Source: an uncultured Acidobacteriaceae bacterium (lineage in GTDB: Bacteria > Acidobacteriota > Terriglobia > Terriglobales > Acidobacteriaceae). From it: a stretch of DNA of 64,000 bases. A program made the translations under genes and the position numbers. Below, in pieces: positions 44,926-54,257 of the stretch. Within the stretch, counting starts at the first letter, position 1, and every line of letters begins with the position of its first letter. A model generated the notes under the pieces. The model saw only the letters and a program-made list of their open reading frames with translations, did not search any database and was not told the DNA's origin. The stretch spans positions 17,168 to 81,167 of the forward strand of contig CAWHMV010000019.1 of the NCBI GenBank assembly GCA_963830325.1. The letters run 5' to 3'.

Positions 44926-46296
44926 GTGGAACTCGAGGACAAGAACCGCAGGGACTTCCTGAAAATGGGTAGCGCAACGCTCGCAGCCGCGGCCGTGCCC
45001 GCCGTTGGATCTTGGACCGCAACCAGCTACGCTGCCATCGTAGGCGCCAACGATCGCGTGCGAGTCGCCCTGATCGGCGCAGGCGATCGCGCCAAGCAGT
45101 CATTGGTACCCGCGTTCCAGGATCACGCCAAGGAGCTCAACTTCGAGTTCGTCGCCGTCTCCGATATCTGGAACCGTCGCCGTGACGAAGGTGCGGCCTT
45201 TATTCAGAAGCAGTGCGGTGGCAGCCCCATTGCCAGCATCCGCAACAATGACGAGCTCTATGCCCGCAAGGATGTCGATGCGGTCATTGTCGCCACCGCA
45301 GATTTTCAGCATGCCTTGCACGGCGTAGAAGCGGTGCAGGCGGGCCGCGACGCCTATGTGGAGAAGCCCACCGCTCACACCATGGAGGATGCGCGGGCGT
45401 TTCGCGCCGCGGTGAAGCAGACCGGAAAGGTCGTAGCTGTCGGCACACAGCGCCGCAGCACGCCCAGCTATCAAAAGGCCTACGAGTACATTCAGTCGGG
45501 CAAATTCGGTGACATCGTCGCTGTTGAGATGACCTGGAACGTTAACCAACCAGGCCGCTGGCGCCGCCCGGGTGTTGTGCCCCTGCTGAAGGAGCAGGAT
45601 ACGGACTGGAAGCGCTACCTGCTCAACCGGCCCTACGAGCCATTCGACGCTCGCAAGTATCTCGAGTTCCGCCTCTTCTGGCCCTATTCCTCGGGTATTC
45701 CCGATCAATGGCTGGTGCACCAGATCGATACCGTTCATTGGTTTACCGGCTATCCCCATCCGCGCAGCGTGGTGGCCAACGGCGGCGTCTACCTCTGGAA
45801 GGATGGCCGCAAGAACTGGGACACCATGACCGCCGTCTTCGATTACGGTCCGCTGGATGATCCGAGCAAAGGCTTTCAGGTGATCTATTCCTCGCGCATG
45901 ACCAACTCCGCCGGCGGAATCAAGGAGATCTATTACTCCAACGGTGGCATGCTCGACATGGATAAGCAGTGCGTCAACTCCGAAGGCGGAATGACTGCGA
46001 AGTCAGCCGCCGAAATGGCCATGAAGCAGAACTTGCTGGGCGACTATTCTCTCAGCGATGCAGTCATGAAGGCGGAGACTTCGGCCAACACGGGCAAGGA
46101 CCCCATGACTTCCGCTAACATGCGCAACTGGATGGAGTGTGTTCGTTCCCGCAAGCAGCCCAACGCCAGCATTGACGCGGGGTATAGCCATTCCGTGGCG
46201 CTGTGCATGAACATCGCCGCCATTCAGACCGGCCAGCGCGTCACCTTCGACGACAAGTCAGAGCGGGTGATGGCCGGGGACAAGGTCTATGAATAG
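44926..46296 (+). CDS. Gfo/Idh/MocA-family oxidoreductase with twin-arginine signal
   Basis: Tat motif NRRDFLKMGSATLAAAAVPAVGS and Rossmann VRVALIGAGDRAK. GTG 44926 is preferred (GAGAGAGGG SD upstream). The track start at 44899 is a TTG. Confidence 0.85.
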   Translation: MELEDKNRRDFLKMGSATLAAAAVPAVGSWTATSYAAIVGANDRVRVALIGAGDRAKQSLVPAFQDHAKELNFEFVAVSDIWNRRRDEGAAFIQKQCGGSPIASIRNNDELYARKDVDAVIVATADFQHALHGVEAVQAGRDAYVEKPTAHTMEDARAFRAAVKQTGKVVAVGTQRRSTPSYQKAYEYIQSGKFGDIVAVEMTWNVNQPGRWRRPGVVPLLKEQDTDWKRYLLNRPYEPFDARKYLEFRLFWPYSSGIPDQWLVHQIDTVHWFTGYPHPRSVVANGGVYLWKDGRKNWDTMTAVFDYGPLDDPSKGFQVIYSSRMTNSAGGIKEIYYSNGGMLDMDKQCVNSEGGMTAKSAAEMAMKQNLLGDYSLSDAVMKAETSANTGKDPMTSANMRNWMECVRSRKQPNASIDAGYSHSVALCMNIAAIQTGQRVTFDDKSERVMAGDKVYE

Positions 46297-47335
46297 GTGG
46301 TTCTTCGGCTGCCTGCTGGCGGCCTTCACTCTGCAAGGGATGGCATTTGCTGCAAACGGCACCAAGGGCGTGCAGGTAGTTGCTGACGAAGCTCACCAGC
46401 GGGTCGATATCACCATCGACGGCACGCCCTTTAGCTCTTACGTCTGGCCCGGCACCCTCAAGAAGCCGGTGCTCTTTCCGCTCATCACATCCGATGGGAT
46501 CGATGTGGTGCGTGGATTTCCCCTGGCGCCTCGACCCGGCGAGCGCGTCGATCACCCGCACCACGCGGGAATTTGGTTCAATTACGGTAACGTAAATGGC
46601 TTCGATTTCTGGAACAACTCAGACGCCATCAAGCCTGCGGACCGCGAAAAAATGGGAACCATTCGCCAGCAGAAAATCGTCTCCACCAAAAGCGGGCGAG
46701 ACAGCGGAGAACTGATCGTCGACTCGATATGGACGACAGGCAAGGGCCAGGACATTCTGCAGCAGAAGACCAGATACATTTTCTCGCCGAAAAAGGATGA
46801 GCGAATCATCGACCAGGTAACGACCCTGCACGTCCTCGATCGGGTCGTCTTCAACGATGACAAAGAAGGCTTGCTGGGCATCCGAGTCGCTCGCTGGCTG
46901 GAGTCAGCCGACGAAAAGGGTGGCACCTTCACCGACGCAAATGGCCGGCCCACAGAAGTGACGGCCTCCAACGCCCCCGGCGCCACAGGTGTATATCTCA
47001 CCAGCGAGGGCAAGCAAGGCGATCAGGCATGGGGCACACGAGGCCGCTGGTGCGCACTAACTGGTAACACCGAAGGACACACCGTCACCATAGCGATATT
47101 TGATCATCCCGGAAACCCCAACTATCCCACTTATTGGCATGCCCGCGGCTACGGCCTCTTTGCTGCCAATCCGCTTGGGCAGCACATCTTCGACCCCAAG
47201 GCGCCACCATTGAACTATACCGTCGAGAAGAATCAGAGTGTAACCTTCACTTACCGGATTATCGTCCTGGCGCGTGCGCCTCTCCCGGGGGAGATGAACC
47301 AAAACGCGGACGCATTCGCGTCCGAATACCGCTAG
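46289..47335 (+). CDS. PmoA-family (DUF6807) secreted protein
   Basis: 348 aa with a signal peptide. The DHPHHAGIWFNYGNVNGFDFWN motif is typical of the family. It overlaps the Gfo/Idh/MocA gene by 8 nt. Confidence 0.75.
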   Translation: MNRWFFGCLLAAFTLQGMAFAANGTKGVQVVADEAHQRVDITIDGTPFSSYVWPGTLKKPVLFPLITSDGIDVVRGFPLAPRPGERVDHPHHAGIWFNYGNVNGFDFWNNSDAIKPADREKMGTIRQQKIVSTKSGRDSGELIVDSIWTTGKGQDILQQKTRYIFSPKKDERIIDQVTTLHVLDRVVFNDDKEGLLGIRVARWLESADEKGGTFTDANGRPTEVTASNAPGATGVYLTSEGKQGDQAWGTRGRWCALTGNTEGHTVTIAIFDHPGNPNYPTYWHARGYGLFAANPLGQHIFDPKAPPLNYTVEKNQSVTFTYRIIVLARAPLPGEMNQNADAFASEYR

Positions 47336-47357
47336 CCCGAAACAGATGTCAGAGGTT

Positions 47358-47439
47358 GTGGACGGGTGCCCCACGTTCGCCAAACCTGCCCCGGCATGCC
47401 GTGGGGCGTACGTGGGCCGAAAAAGACGGGGCGAAGCCC
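47358..47439. repeat. GTGGACGGGTGCCCCACGTTCGC ... GGGCCGAAAAAGACGGGGCGAAGCCC repeat, short copy
   Basis: Both ends are shared with 56950-57121. Track ORFs 47057..47443 and 47346..47594 partly translate it. Confidence 0.8.
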
Positions 47440-47467
47440 ACACAATTGCTGTGCTCGGAAGGTGTAG

Positions 47468-48961
47468 TCAAGCCTTACGCCGGATCAACCAATACACCGG
47501 AAGACCAGCGATCACCAGCACCAGACCGGGCCAGGTCGTGGCTGGGCGATCGATGAAAAGGCAAAGCACGACCGTGCTCGCCCCAAGAACATAAATCGCC
47601 GGCACCACCGGATACCCCGGCGTGCGATACAAACGTTCCGCATCCGGTCGCTTGTACCGCAGCACCACCACTGCGGCAATCGTAAGAATATAAAACAGCA
47701 ACGCCGCCGAAATAATGTAGTCAAGCAAATCGCTGTAGAGGTTGCCATAGCCCTTAGCCGGCGAGTACGTAGTCAGCAGCACCAGAATACCGGCCCATAT
47801 CCCCTGGAACAAGAGAGACCATCCGGGCACGCGAGCCCCATTCAACCGCCCTGCAGCAGGAAAGAACAGCCTATCCCGAGCCATTGCGTAATAAGCGCGT
47901 GGACCGGCCAGCACCAGGCTGTTGATGCAACCAAACGTCGACACCATAATGACAGCGGCCAACGCCTGGCCTCCCCATGAGGGGAAAATTGCCTGCAGCA
48001 TCGCAGTCGCTACGCGATCATGGGGCGCATGTTGAATGGAGGGGAAGTCCAGCACCGCCAAATAGGCGAGATTCGCGGCCAGGTACAACAGCATCACGAT
48101 CACGGTGCCGATGGCCAGGGAGCGGGGAAGCGTCGTCCTTGGATCCTTGACTTCCTCGGAAGCAAACGTGATGTCGTGCCACGAATCCGCGGCGAACAGC
48201 GACCCCGACTGAGAAACACAAAACACCATCACCAGGCTCAGGATGGAGACGAGAGAACTGCCTGGGTGCAGCGTAGCCGGCCGCTGCCAGAAATCGGCCA
48301 GGTTTGCGTGCACGGATGATGCATGCCAACCCACCGTTAGACCAAGCACGATCAGTGCTCCAAGAGCGCCGAGTTTGGCTACCGTAAACGAATTCTGGAT
48401 GATCTTTCCATACTCGATGCCCAGGGCATTGGTCGCGGTAAGCAGAGCAATCACCAGCAGGCCAACCAACTGGGCAGTGGATAGAGTGAGCGCGTAATGG
48501 GCAGAGAGATGTATGGGCGGAATCAAGTAACGCGATTCGGAAATCGATGGCGCCAAAACCCCTAGAAACCGGGCAAACGCAACCGCAACTGCGGCAATCG
48601 TTCCAGTCTGGATCACAGTAAAAAGCGTCCATCCGTAGAGGAAGCCCCAAAGGGGCGAGTACGCCTCGCGCAGGTAGAGGTACATGCCGCCCCCGCCAGG
48701 CATCATCGAGGCCAACTCGCCAAAGGAAAACGCGGCCGCAATGGTTAGCACCGCGGCAAAAACCCAGGCAGCTAGAAACCATCCCGGACCGCCCAGGATA
48801 CGCGCCATATCGGCCGGGACGATAAAAATCCCAGACCCGATCATGACGCCGATCACGATCATGGTGGAGTCAAAGAGCCCCAGCGCCCGCTTGGGCCTGC
48901 GTTTCTCTTGGATCTCTTCTCGCTCTTCGCGAGTACGTTTGGCGACAGGATTCACTGCCAA
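47468..48961 (-). CDS. APC-family amino acid permease
   Basis: 497 aa with 12 hydrophobic segments. N-terminal LGLFDSTMIVIGVMIGSGIFIVPA is typical of the APC superfamily. The start codon is uncertain (TTG 48961 or GTG 48955). Confidence 0.85.
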   Translation of the reverse strand: MAVNPVAKRTREEREEIQEKRRPKRALGLFDSTMIVIGVMIGSGIFIVPADMARILGGPGWFLAAWVFAAVLTIAAAFSFGELASMMPGGGGMYLYLREAYSPLWGFLYGWTLFTVIQTGTIAAVAVAFARFLGVLAPSISESRYLIPPIHLSAHYALTLSTAQLVGLLVIALLTATNALGIEYGKIIQNSFTVAKLGALGALIVLGLTVGWHASSVHANLADFWQRPATLHPGSSLVSILSLVMVFCVSQSGSLFAADSWHDITFASEEVKDPRTTLPRSLAIGTVIVMLLYLAANLAYLAVLDFPSIQHAPHDRVATAMLQAIFPSWGGQALAAVIMVSTFGCINSLVLAGPRAYYAMARDRLFFPAAGRLNGARVPGWSLLFQGIWAGILVLLTTYSPAKGYGNLYSDLLDYIISAALLFYILTIAAVVVLRYKRPDAERLYRTPGYPVVPAIYVLGASTVVLCLFIDRPATTWPGLVLVIAGLPVYWLIRRKA

Positions 48962-49099
48962 GATGCTATAACGTTCCCCAATTTAGGAGAAAAGAAACCG
49001 CAGATCTCTCCATCCCCTGGCTGTATCGGAAAAGTGATCAGTAGTACCCAAAAGACGACTGGAAGTTGGAATCCTGGACCATGTATCAAATGACTCTTT

Positions 49100-49184
49100 C
49101 AGTCGTCCCTGCGGGACTCTTCGATGGCGCCGTCTACCCAGGACTGCGTCCTGGGCTAAGTTCAGCCGTCCCTCCGGGACTCGG
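49100..49184. repeat. Truncated (half) copy D of the MITE-like element
   Basis: cagtcgtccctgcgggact ... acccaggactgcgtcctgggctaagttcagccgtccctccgggact. There are no GTGAGAAC-type termini. It lies between the ANTAR gene stop and the permease start. Confidence 0.8.
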
Positions 49185-49228
49185 AGCCAAGTTGTTCATA
49201 AGGAATCGAAGCGCAGGGATCCGGTCCC

Positions 49229-49975
49229 CTACTTCCGGGACCGCCGAATCTCTTCTGTGAGAATAATCGCCTCAGCGATCTCGCGGATCGCCTTCCGCTT
49301 CTGGCGGCTTTGCTTTTGCAACGCCAGATACGCACCCTCTTCATCCAGGTGCAATTCCCGTTGCAGAATCCCCTTAGCCCGATCCATCAGCTTTCTCACC
49401 TCAAGCCGATCGGCGAGCAGAACGCGTTCGCTTTCGAGGCGCGCCATCTCCAGCTCGGCGCCGACCAGAAAGCCAATCATGGAGATCAGCCGCACCTGGC
49501 GCGGGCTGTGGTGGTGGGGCTTGCGATGCTGCACATTGATGACCCCTACCATTTTGCCCCGGCAAAGAATTGGCACGGAAAGAAATGCTTCGAAATGATC
49601 CTCAGGCAAATCGTTGAACATCTTGAAACGGGGATCGCTCCATGCCTGGGATCCAATAGCCACAGGCCTTTGATGCATAGCCACCCAGCCGGTAATGCCC
49701 TGGCCCAACTGCAAGTCAAGTTCGTCCACCAGGTCGGCGTGGGGATTCTTGGAAGCGCGCAACACCAGCTTCTCTCCTTCGAGAACGTAAACGAAGCAGG
49801 AATCGCACATCACTACCGTGGAGACAAAATCAACTACCCGTTCGAGCACAGCATGAAACGGATCCGCAGCCGCCATGCGGCTGCCAATCTCATGAAGGAA
49901 CTCGATATCCCTTACTTCTTCGGCCCTGGGGCCTTCTTCGGTCATTACCACATCCCATGTCTGGTTAGGCGACAA
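49229..49975 (-). CDS. GAF + ANTAR domain RNA-binding regulator
   Basis: 248 aa. GAF-like core (...FVSTVVMCDSCFVYVLEGEKLVLRASK...GITGWVAMHQRPVAI...) and C-terminal ANTAR helices (LEVRKLMDRAKGILQRELHLDEEGAYLALQKQSRQKRKAIREIAEAII). The start is TTG 49975 or ATG 49945. Confidence 0.8.
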   Translation of the reverse strand: MSPNQTWDVVMTEEGPRAEEVRDIEFLHEIGSRMAAADPFHAVLERVVDFVSTVVMCDSCFVYVLEGEKLVLRASKNPHADLVDELDLQLGQGITGWVAMHQRPVAIGSQAWSDPRFKMFNDLPEDHFEAFLSVPILCRGKMVGVINVQHRKPHHHSPRQVRLISMIGFLVGAELEMARLESERVLLADRLEVRKLMDRAKGILQRELHLDEEGAYLALQKQSRQKRKAIREIAEAIILTEEIRRSRK

Positions 49976-50378
49976 AAAATTGCGCCATTTTACTGTTGCT
50001 TTCGTGCGCTGGTACCGTTACCCTAAGCTCGTTTCCGTCCTCGTGCAGCTTCCTGCCAGGTTACGGGTGGTGAACGTTCTCCCTGTCGAAACGTAACCCT
50101 TCACCACGTCTTCCTCGTTGTATTCTCTGTGGCTCCATCTTCCAAGTTGAAGACTGATCGTTCTCCATTTCTCCATCCTGGTTTCCAGGAGCTGGTTTCG
50201 TGCGTCGAGGTAAGGAAGTGCAGATGCAAGCAGTGTCCTCATAAAGCGCAGCGCACACGGCGCCCGGCGCTGCCATGACGGAGCTTCGTTCCACTTCGAC
50301 AGCAATCCGGAAAATTCCAATTCTACCATCCAAATTCGCCGGACACGGCCATTTGGAAAGATGTAAGGTGGTTCAAAA

Positions 50379-51938
50379 ATGAGTCTGAGCAGGCGTGATT
50401 TTCTGATGAGGGTAGGCCGGGCCGGCGGGTATGGCGCCGCCTTCACTATGATGCAGTCTCTGGGGCTGTTGCCCGTCATGGCTTCGGCGGCAGCCACCGT
50501 CGAGCACCCGGCAGGCTCCGGCAAAGGGACCAGTGTGGTCATCCTGGGCGGCGGCATCGCCGGCCTGGCATCCGCGTATGAGTTGGGCAAACTGGGCTAT
50601 ACCTGCACCCTGCTCGAGGCCCGGGAGCGCGCCGGCGGCAGAAACTGGACCGTTCGCAACGGTACCAAAGTAGAGTTCACCAATGGCTTCACCCAGAACT
50701 GCGTGTTTGGCGAAGGTCTCTACCAGAATGTAGGCCCCGCCCGGCTGCCGTCGGTGCACCGGACCATGCTCGGTTATTGCCGCGAGCTTCAGGTTCCGCT
50801 GGAAGTCGAAGTGAACGCTTCGCGCAGCGCCTACCTGCAGGCGAGCACGCTCGATGGCGGCAAAACCGTGCAAAACCGCCAGGTGGAATACGATACCCGC
50901 GGCCACGTCTCTGAGCTTTTGGCCAAGTGCATCCAGCGCGGCGCCCTTGATCAGGAACTGAGCCGCGACGACAAAGAGCAGATGGTTGAATTCCTGAAGC
51001 AATACGGGGATCTCTCTCCCGATCTGTTCTACAAAGGATCGTCGCGCGCCGGATGGAAGATCAGCCCCGGAGCGGCCGATACGGTGGGTGTTCCCCACGA
51101 CCCGCTTGATATGCGCGCCTTGCTGTCGGCTCATCTCTGGCGCGAGTTGATGGAAGAGGACGAGATCGACTGGCAGGCAACGATGTTTCAGCCGGTGGGC
51201 GGGATGGACCAGATTCCCATGGCTTTCAAGAAGAAGCTGGGCAGTGTGGTCCGCCAGCGCGCAGAAGTGGTCCAGATCCGCCAGAACGAATCGGGCGTAA
51301 AAGTCGTTTACCGTGACGGGGCCACCGGCAAGAACGAAACCGTGAGTGCGGACTACTGCGTTTGCGCCTTGCCCCTGACGATCCTTAAAACCATGGATAC
51401 GGATTTTTCTCCGGAGTTGAAGGCGGCGATCGATGGCTGTTCCTATGACTCCGCCTACAAAATCGCCTGGGAGTCGCGCCGCTTCTGGGAGCAGGAGTGC
51501 AACATCTACGGCGGCCTTTCGTTTCTACGACAGCCTGTGGACACGATCTGGTACCCGAGCGCCAGGATGTTCTCCGAAACCGGCATCATCCTGGGTGGCT
51601 ATGGAATTGAAAATGGCTCAGAATTCGGCAGTTTGCCCAGTCAGGAAGCCAAGCTGGCTGCCTCCCGCAACTCGATTGAGCTCCTGCATCCCGGTCGCTC
51701 GCAAGAGTTGAAGAACCCCATCTACGTCAGTTGGGGGCACATTCCCTACAACTTAGGTTCCTGGGTCAGCGGCGCCGACGCCGGCGCGCCCCCAGGTTAT
51801 GAGGTATGGACCAAGCCCCAGGGTCGCATCTACCTGGCGGGCGATCATACCAGCCACATCGTCGGTTGGCAGGAAGGTGCGGCCCTTTCCGCGCACCGCG
51901 CGCTCGACCTGATCGCGGCCCGCGTGGCGAAGGCTTAG
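50379..51938 (+). CDS. Flavin-containing amine oxidase / L-amino-acid oxidase family protein with Tat signal
   Basis: 519 aa. Tat motif MSLSRRDFLMRVGRAGGYG, FAD fold VVILGGGIAGLASAYEL...LLEARERAGGRN, and C-terminal RIYLAGDHTS. AAGGTGG SD upstream. Confidence 0.85.
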   Translation: MSLSRRDFLMRVGRAGGYGAAFTMMQSLGLLPVMASAAATVEHPAGSGKGTSVVILGGGIAGLASAYELGKLGYTCTLLEARERAGGRNWTVRNGTKVEFTNGFTQNCVFGEGLYQNVGPARLPSVHRTMLGYCRELQVPLEVEVNASRSAYLQASTLDGGKTVQNRQVEYDTRGHVSELLAKCIQRGALDQELSRDDKEQMVEFLKQYGDLSPDLFYKGSSRAGWKISPGAADTVGVPHDPLDMRALLSAHLWRELMEEDEIDWQATMFQPVGGMDQIPMAFKKKLGSVVRQRAEVVQIRQNESGVKVVYRDGATGKNETVSADYCVCALPLTILKTMDTDFSPELKAAIDGCSYDSAYKIAWESRRFWEQECNIYGGLSFLRQPVDTIWYPSARMFSETGIILGGYGIENGSEFGSLPSQEAKLAASRNSIELLHPGRSQELKNPIYVSWGHIPYNLGSWVSGADAGAPPGYEVWTKPQGRIYLAGDHTSHIVGWQEGAALSAHRALDLIAARVAKA

Positions 51939-51975
51939 GAAGCTGATCTCTCGGAAGTTGAGAGTCCGAACGAAG

Positions 51976-52002
51976 GGCACGGCTGACAGCTTCAGCCGTG
52001 CC
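51976..52002. repeat. GGCACGGCTGA-cagct-TCAGCCGTGCC hairpin (same family as 11572-11591)
   Basis: Perfect 11-bp stem, 38 nt after the amine oxidase stop. It may act as a terminator or stabiliser but has no U-tract. Confidence 0.75.
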
Positions 52003-52035
52003 ACAACAGGCTGGGCCGATGAGGACTTCGGAGTC

Positions 52036-52377
52036 TGCGTAAGAACGACCATCACGAAATGGAGTCCCGAAGGGACGGCTGAACTTAGCCCAGGACGCAG
52101 TCCTGGGTTGCCCAGCGCCATTGAAGAGTCCCGTAGAGCCTGCCCTGCGCTTGTCGAACGGGGACGACTGAAAAGTTAATCGAGACATGGCCCTCCGGCA
52201 GTCAATCGGGAATTCCATCGTTGGAATATTTTGAGATGGAAGTGCTCTTGGATCGCCTTCGGGTAACTTCCAGTCGTCCCTGCGGGACTTTTCGTCTCGA
52301 ATCTCGACCCAGGACTGCGTCCTGGGCTAAGTTCAGCCGTCCCTGCGGGCATTTTTTAATCGGTAGGTTCTCACGCA
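52036..52377. repeat. MITE-like fold-back element, copy E (longest; interior partly degenerate)
   Basis: tgcgtaagaac (52036-52046) ... gttctcacgca (52367-52377). It shares taatcggtaggttctcacgca with copy C. The interior has gtcccgaagggacggctgaacttagcccaggacgcagtcctggg and inverted cccaggactgcgtcctgggctaagttcagccgtccctgcggg. Confidence 0.85.
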
Positions 52378-52472
52378 AACACTAGGCCCCTGAGGTACGG
52401 CCCTTCCAATACCGCGTTGTGAACAGCACCAGGTGCGGCTGAATTCGTGCCCCTTGTTCAGGGACGCTGTCC

Positions 52473-53006
52473 CTACCGTCCGAATCTGCTTACGAAACCA
52501 CTCAGCGCAGCCTTTTTGCTGTCGCTCACCGCTCCCGAAGTGCGCCACAGAACATGCCCTGTCTTATCGGTCAGCAGCAGCACCACCTCCTGTTCGGAGG
52601 AAAGCTGCAGAGCACGGAGAAAATGCGCCTTGTCCACGTACAAGGGGACCGTATAGCGCCGCGGTTGGGACGGCGGCAAGCTGGTGCGTAAGGACGCGTT
52701 CAACCACCACCGGTAGAGGCCGTTTGCGCGAGGAGAGATGGGCAACAACCAGGTCTGCACCGAAGGGCTCCCGGGAGTCAGCACAGGCAGCCAGCCATCG
52801 ACCTCAGACTGCTGATCCCGCTGAAAGGAAAGGATCAGCAGATTCAGCGGCGCGGTAAAATCCGTCGGCAGTGTGACTTTGGCCCGGTCGAGCGCGTATG
52901 CCGTAACAGGGGGTAAAACTGCCGACGGGGGAGACTGATTTTGCGGAGCTGCTAGCGCGCAGGGTAACGCGAAGAGGGTGAAGGCCAGTGTCCGAAGCAG
53001 TCGCAT
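52473..53006 (-). CDS. Secreted protein of unknown function
   Basis: ATG 53006 gives MRLLRTLAFTLFALPCALAAPQNQ (signal peptide). The track start at 53018 is a TTG. No family was recognised. Confidence 0.55.
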   Translation of the reverse strand: MRLLRTLAFTLFALPCALAAPQNQSPPSAVLPPVTAYALDRAKVTLPTDFTAPLNLLILSFQRDQQSEVDGWLPVLTPGSPSVQTWLLPISPRANGLYRWWLNASLRTSLPPSQPRRYTVPLYVDKAHFLRALQLSSEQEVVLLLTDKTGHVLWRTSGAVSDSKKAALSGFVSRFGR

Positions 53007-53105
53007 TCTGTCTAACAAATCTTAACCCAGGATTTCAGACACCCAGGTCTTGATGTGGCGGGATGAAACACCGAAGCCACTAGGCGGGTCGAGTATCATA
53101 AAGAA

Positions 53106-54257
53106 GTGAGTAGCCCCATTACTTTTGCGCCTGAGCGCCACAGCTTTCAAACCGACGACGTCCTTCTGCAGCCGATCGCAGAAAAGGTTTTGGCAAACCA
53201 GCGCCTCGACTTCAACGATGGCGTGGCGCTCTACCGGTCGGGCGATATCCTGGCCGTGGGCTGGTTGGCAAACTTTGTGCGCGAACGCCTGCATGGCAAC
53301 GTGGCTTATTTCAACGTCAACCGCCACATCAATCCGACCAACGTTTGCGTGGCCGCCTGCCGGCTGTGCGCCTTTGGCCGCAAAAAAGATGGCCCAGGTG
53401 CCTACACCATGGCCCTGGAAGAAGCGTGGCAGACTGCTGCCTCCGGATACAGCGAAGCCGTGACCGAGTTCCATATCGTCGGCGGTTTGCATCCCGATCT
53501 TCCGTTCCAATACTTCCTCGACCTGGTGGCGGGCCTCAAGGAGCGCTTTCCCCAAGTACACATCAAGGCTTTCACCATGGTCGAGGTGGCGTACCTGGCA
53601 AAACGCGCCAAGCTCACGATCGCCGAGACGTTGACCAAAATGAAGGAGTCCGGCGTAGATTCCATGCCGGGTGGCGGCGCGGAGATTTTCTCCGATCGGG
53701 TAAGGCACATCATTTGCGATCACAAGATCGACGGCGACGAGTGGCTGGAGACAGCGCGCACGGCGCACCAGCTAGGGCTACGCTCCAACGCAACCATGCT
53801 CTATGGGCACGTCGAGAACGATGAAGATCGCGTCGACCACATGCTGCGCCTGCGTGCCGTGCAGGATGATACCGGAGGGTTCCAAACCTTCATTCCGCTA
53901 GCCTTCCATCCGGCCCACACGGCCCTCGATCATCTGCCCACGACCACCGGCCTGACTGATATTCGCCAGATCGCGGTGAGCCGCTTATTGCTGGATAACT
54001 TTTCCCATATCAAGGCCTACTGGCAGATGATGACGGCCAAGATCGCGCAGATCTCCCTGCGTTTCGGCGCCGACGATATCGATGGCACAGTGGTCGAAGA
54101 AAAGATCTACCATGATGCGGGCGCGACCACGCCGCAAGGGATGCGGCGCGCTGATCTGATTCGGTTGATCCGTGAGGCTGGCCGCGAGCCGGTGGAGCGT
54201 GACACGCTCTATCGCAGCGTCGTTCGCCACGAAGATACGTTCACGGTTGCGGTTTAA
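53106..54257 (+). CDS. Radical SAM menaquinone (futalosine pathway) enzyme, MqnE/MqnC family
   Basis: 383 aa with a GTG start. CxxxCxxC cluster (CVAACRLCAF), ...FHIVGGLHPDLPFQYFLDL..., GGGAEIF, and ...FQTFIPLAFHPAHTAL.... MqnE and MqnC cannot be told apart by eye. Confidence 0.75.
   Translation: MSSPITFAPERHSFQTDDVLLQPIAEKVLANQRLDFNDGVALYRSGDILAVGWLANFVRERLHGNVAYFNVNRHINPTNVCVAACRLCAFGRKKDGPGAYTMALEEAWQTAASGYSEAVTEFHIVGGLHPDLPFQYFLDLVAGLKERFPQVHIKAFTMVEVAYLAKRAKLTIAETLTKMKESGVDSMPGGGAEIFSDRVRHIICDHKIDGDEWLETARTAHQLGLRSNATMLYGHVENDEDRVDHMLRLRAVQDDTGGFQTFIPLAFHPAHTALDHLPTTTGLTDIRQIAVSRLLLDNFSHIKAYWQMMTAKIAQISLRFGADDIDGTVVEEKIYHDAGATTPQGMRRADLIRLIREAGREPVERDTLYRSVVRHEDTFTVAV

Noticed and set aside
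44108-45103. 331-aa minus-strand ORF spanning the ALDH / Gfo-Idh-MocA junction. Similar long antisense ORFs occur at 14868..15587, 15993..16649, 27804..28532, 29618..30256, 42316..43026, 45100..45759, 50373..51134, 53022..53768, 55749..56426, 57649..58479, 59602..60399, 60992..61708 and 61889..62527.
   Set aside because: All are antisense to genes with strong family signatures. They have low-complexity R/G/A/P-rich translations and no motifs. They are GC-driven stop-codon-free shadows.
50275-50382. 35-codon uORF whose TGA overlaps the amine-oxidase ATG (ATGA)
   Set aside because: There is no SD before its ATG, and the oxidase has its own AAGGTGG SD. The peptide is unremarkable, and such an overlap can arise by chance.
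11370-52350. Possible CRISPR array suggested by the many copies of GTCCCTGCGGGAC / CAGCCGTCCCTGCGGGACT
   Set aside because: The copies occur in both orientations with irregular spacing of 20-60 bp, inside fold-back elements scattered over five loci. There are no uniform direct repeats, no unique spacers, no leader and no cas genes.
54254-54257. Convergent Mqn and OpgC-like genes sharing the tetranucleotide TTAA as overlapping stop codons
   Set aside because: This is a real but trivial consequence of compact convergent genes. No functional implication can be drawn from the sequence.
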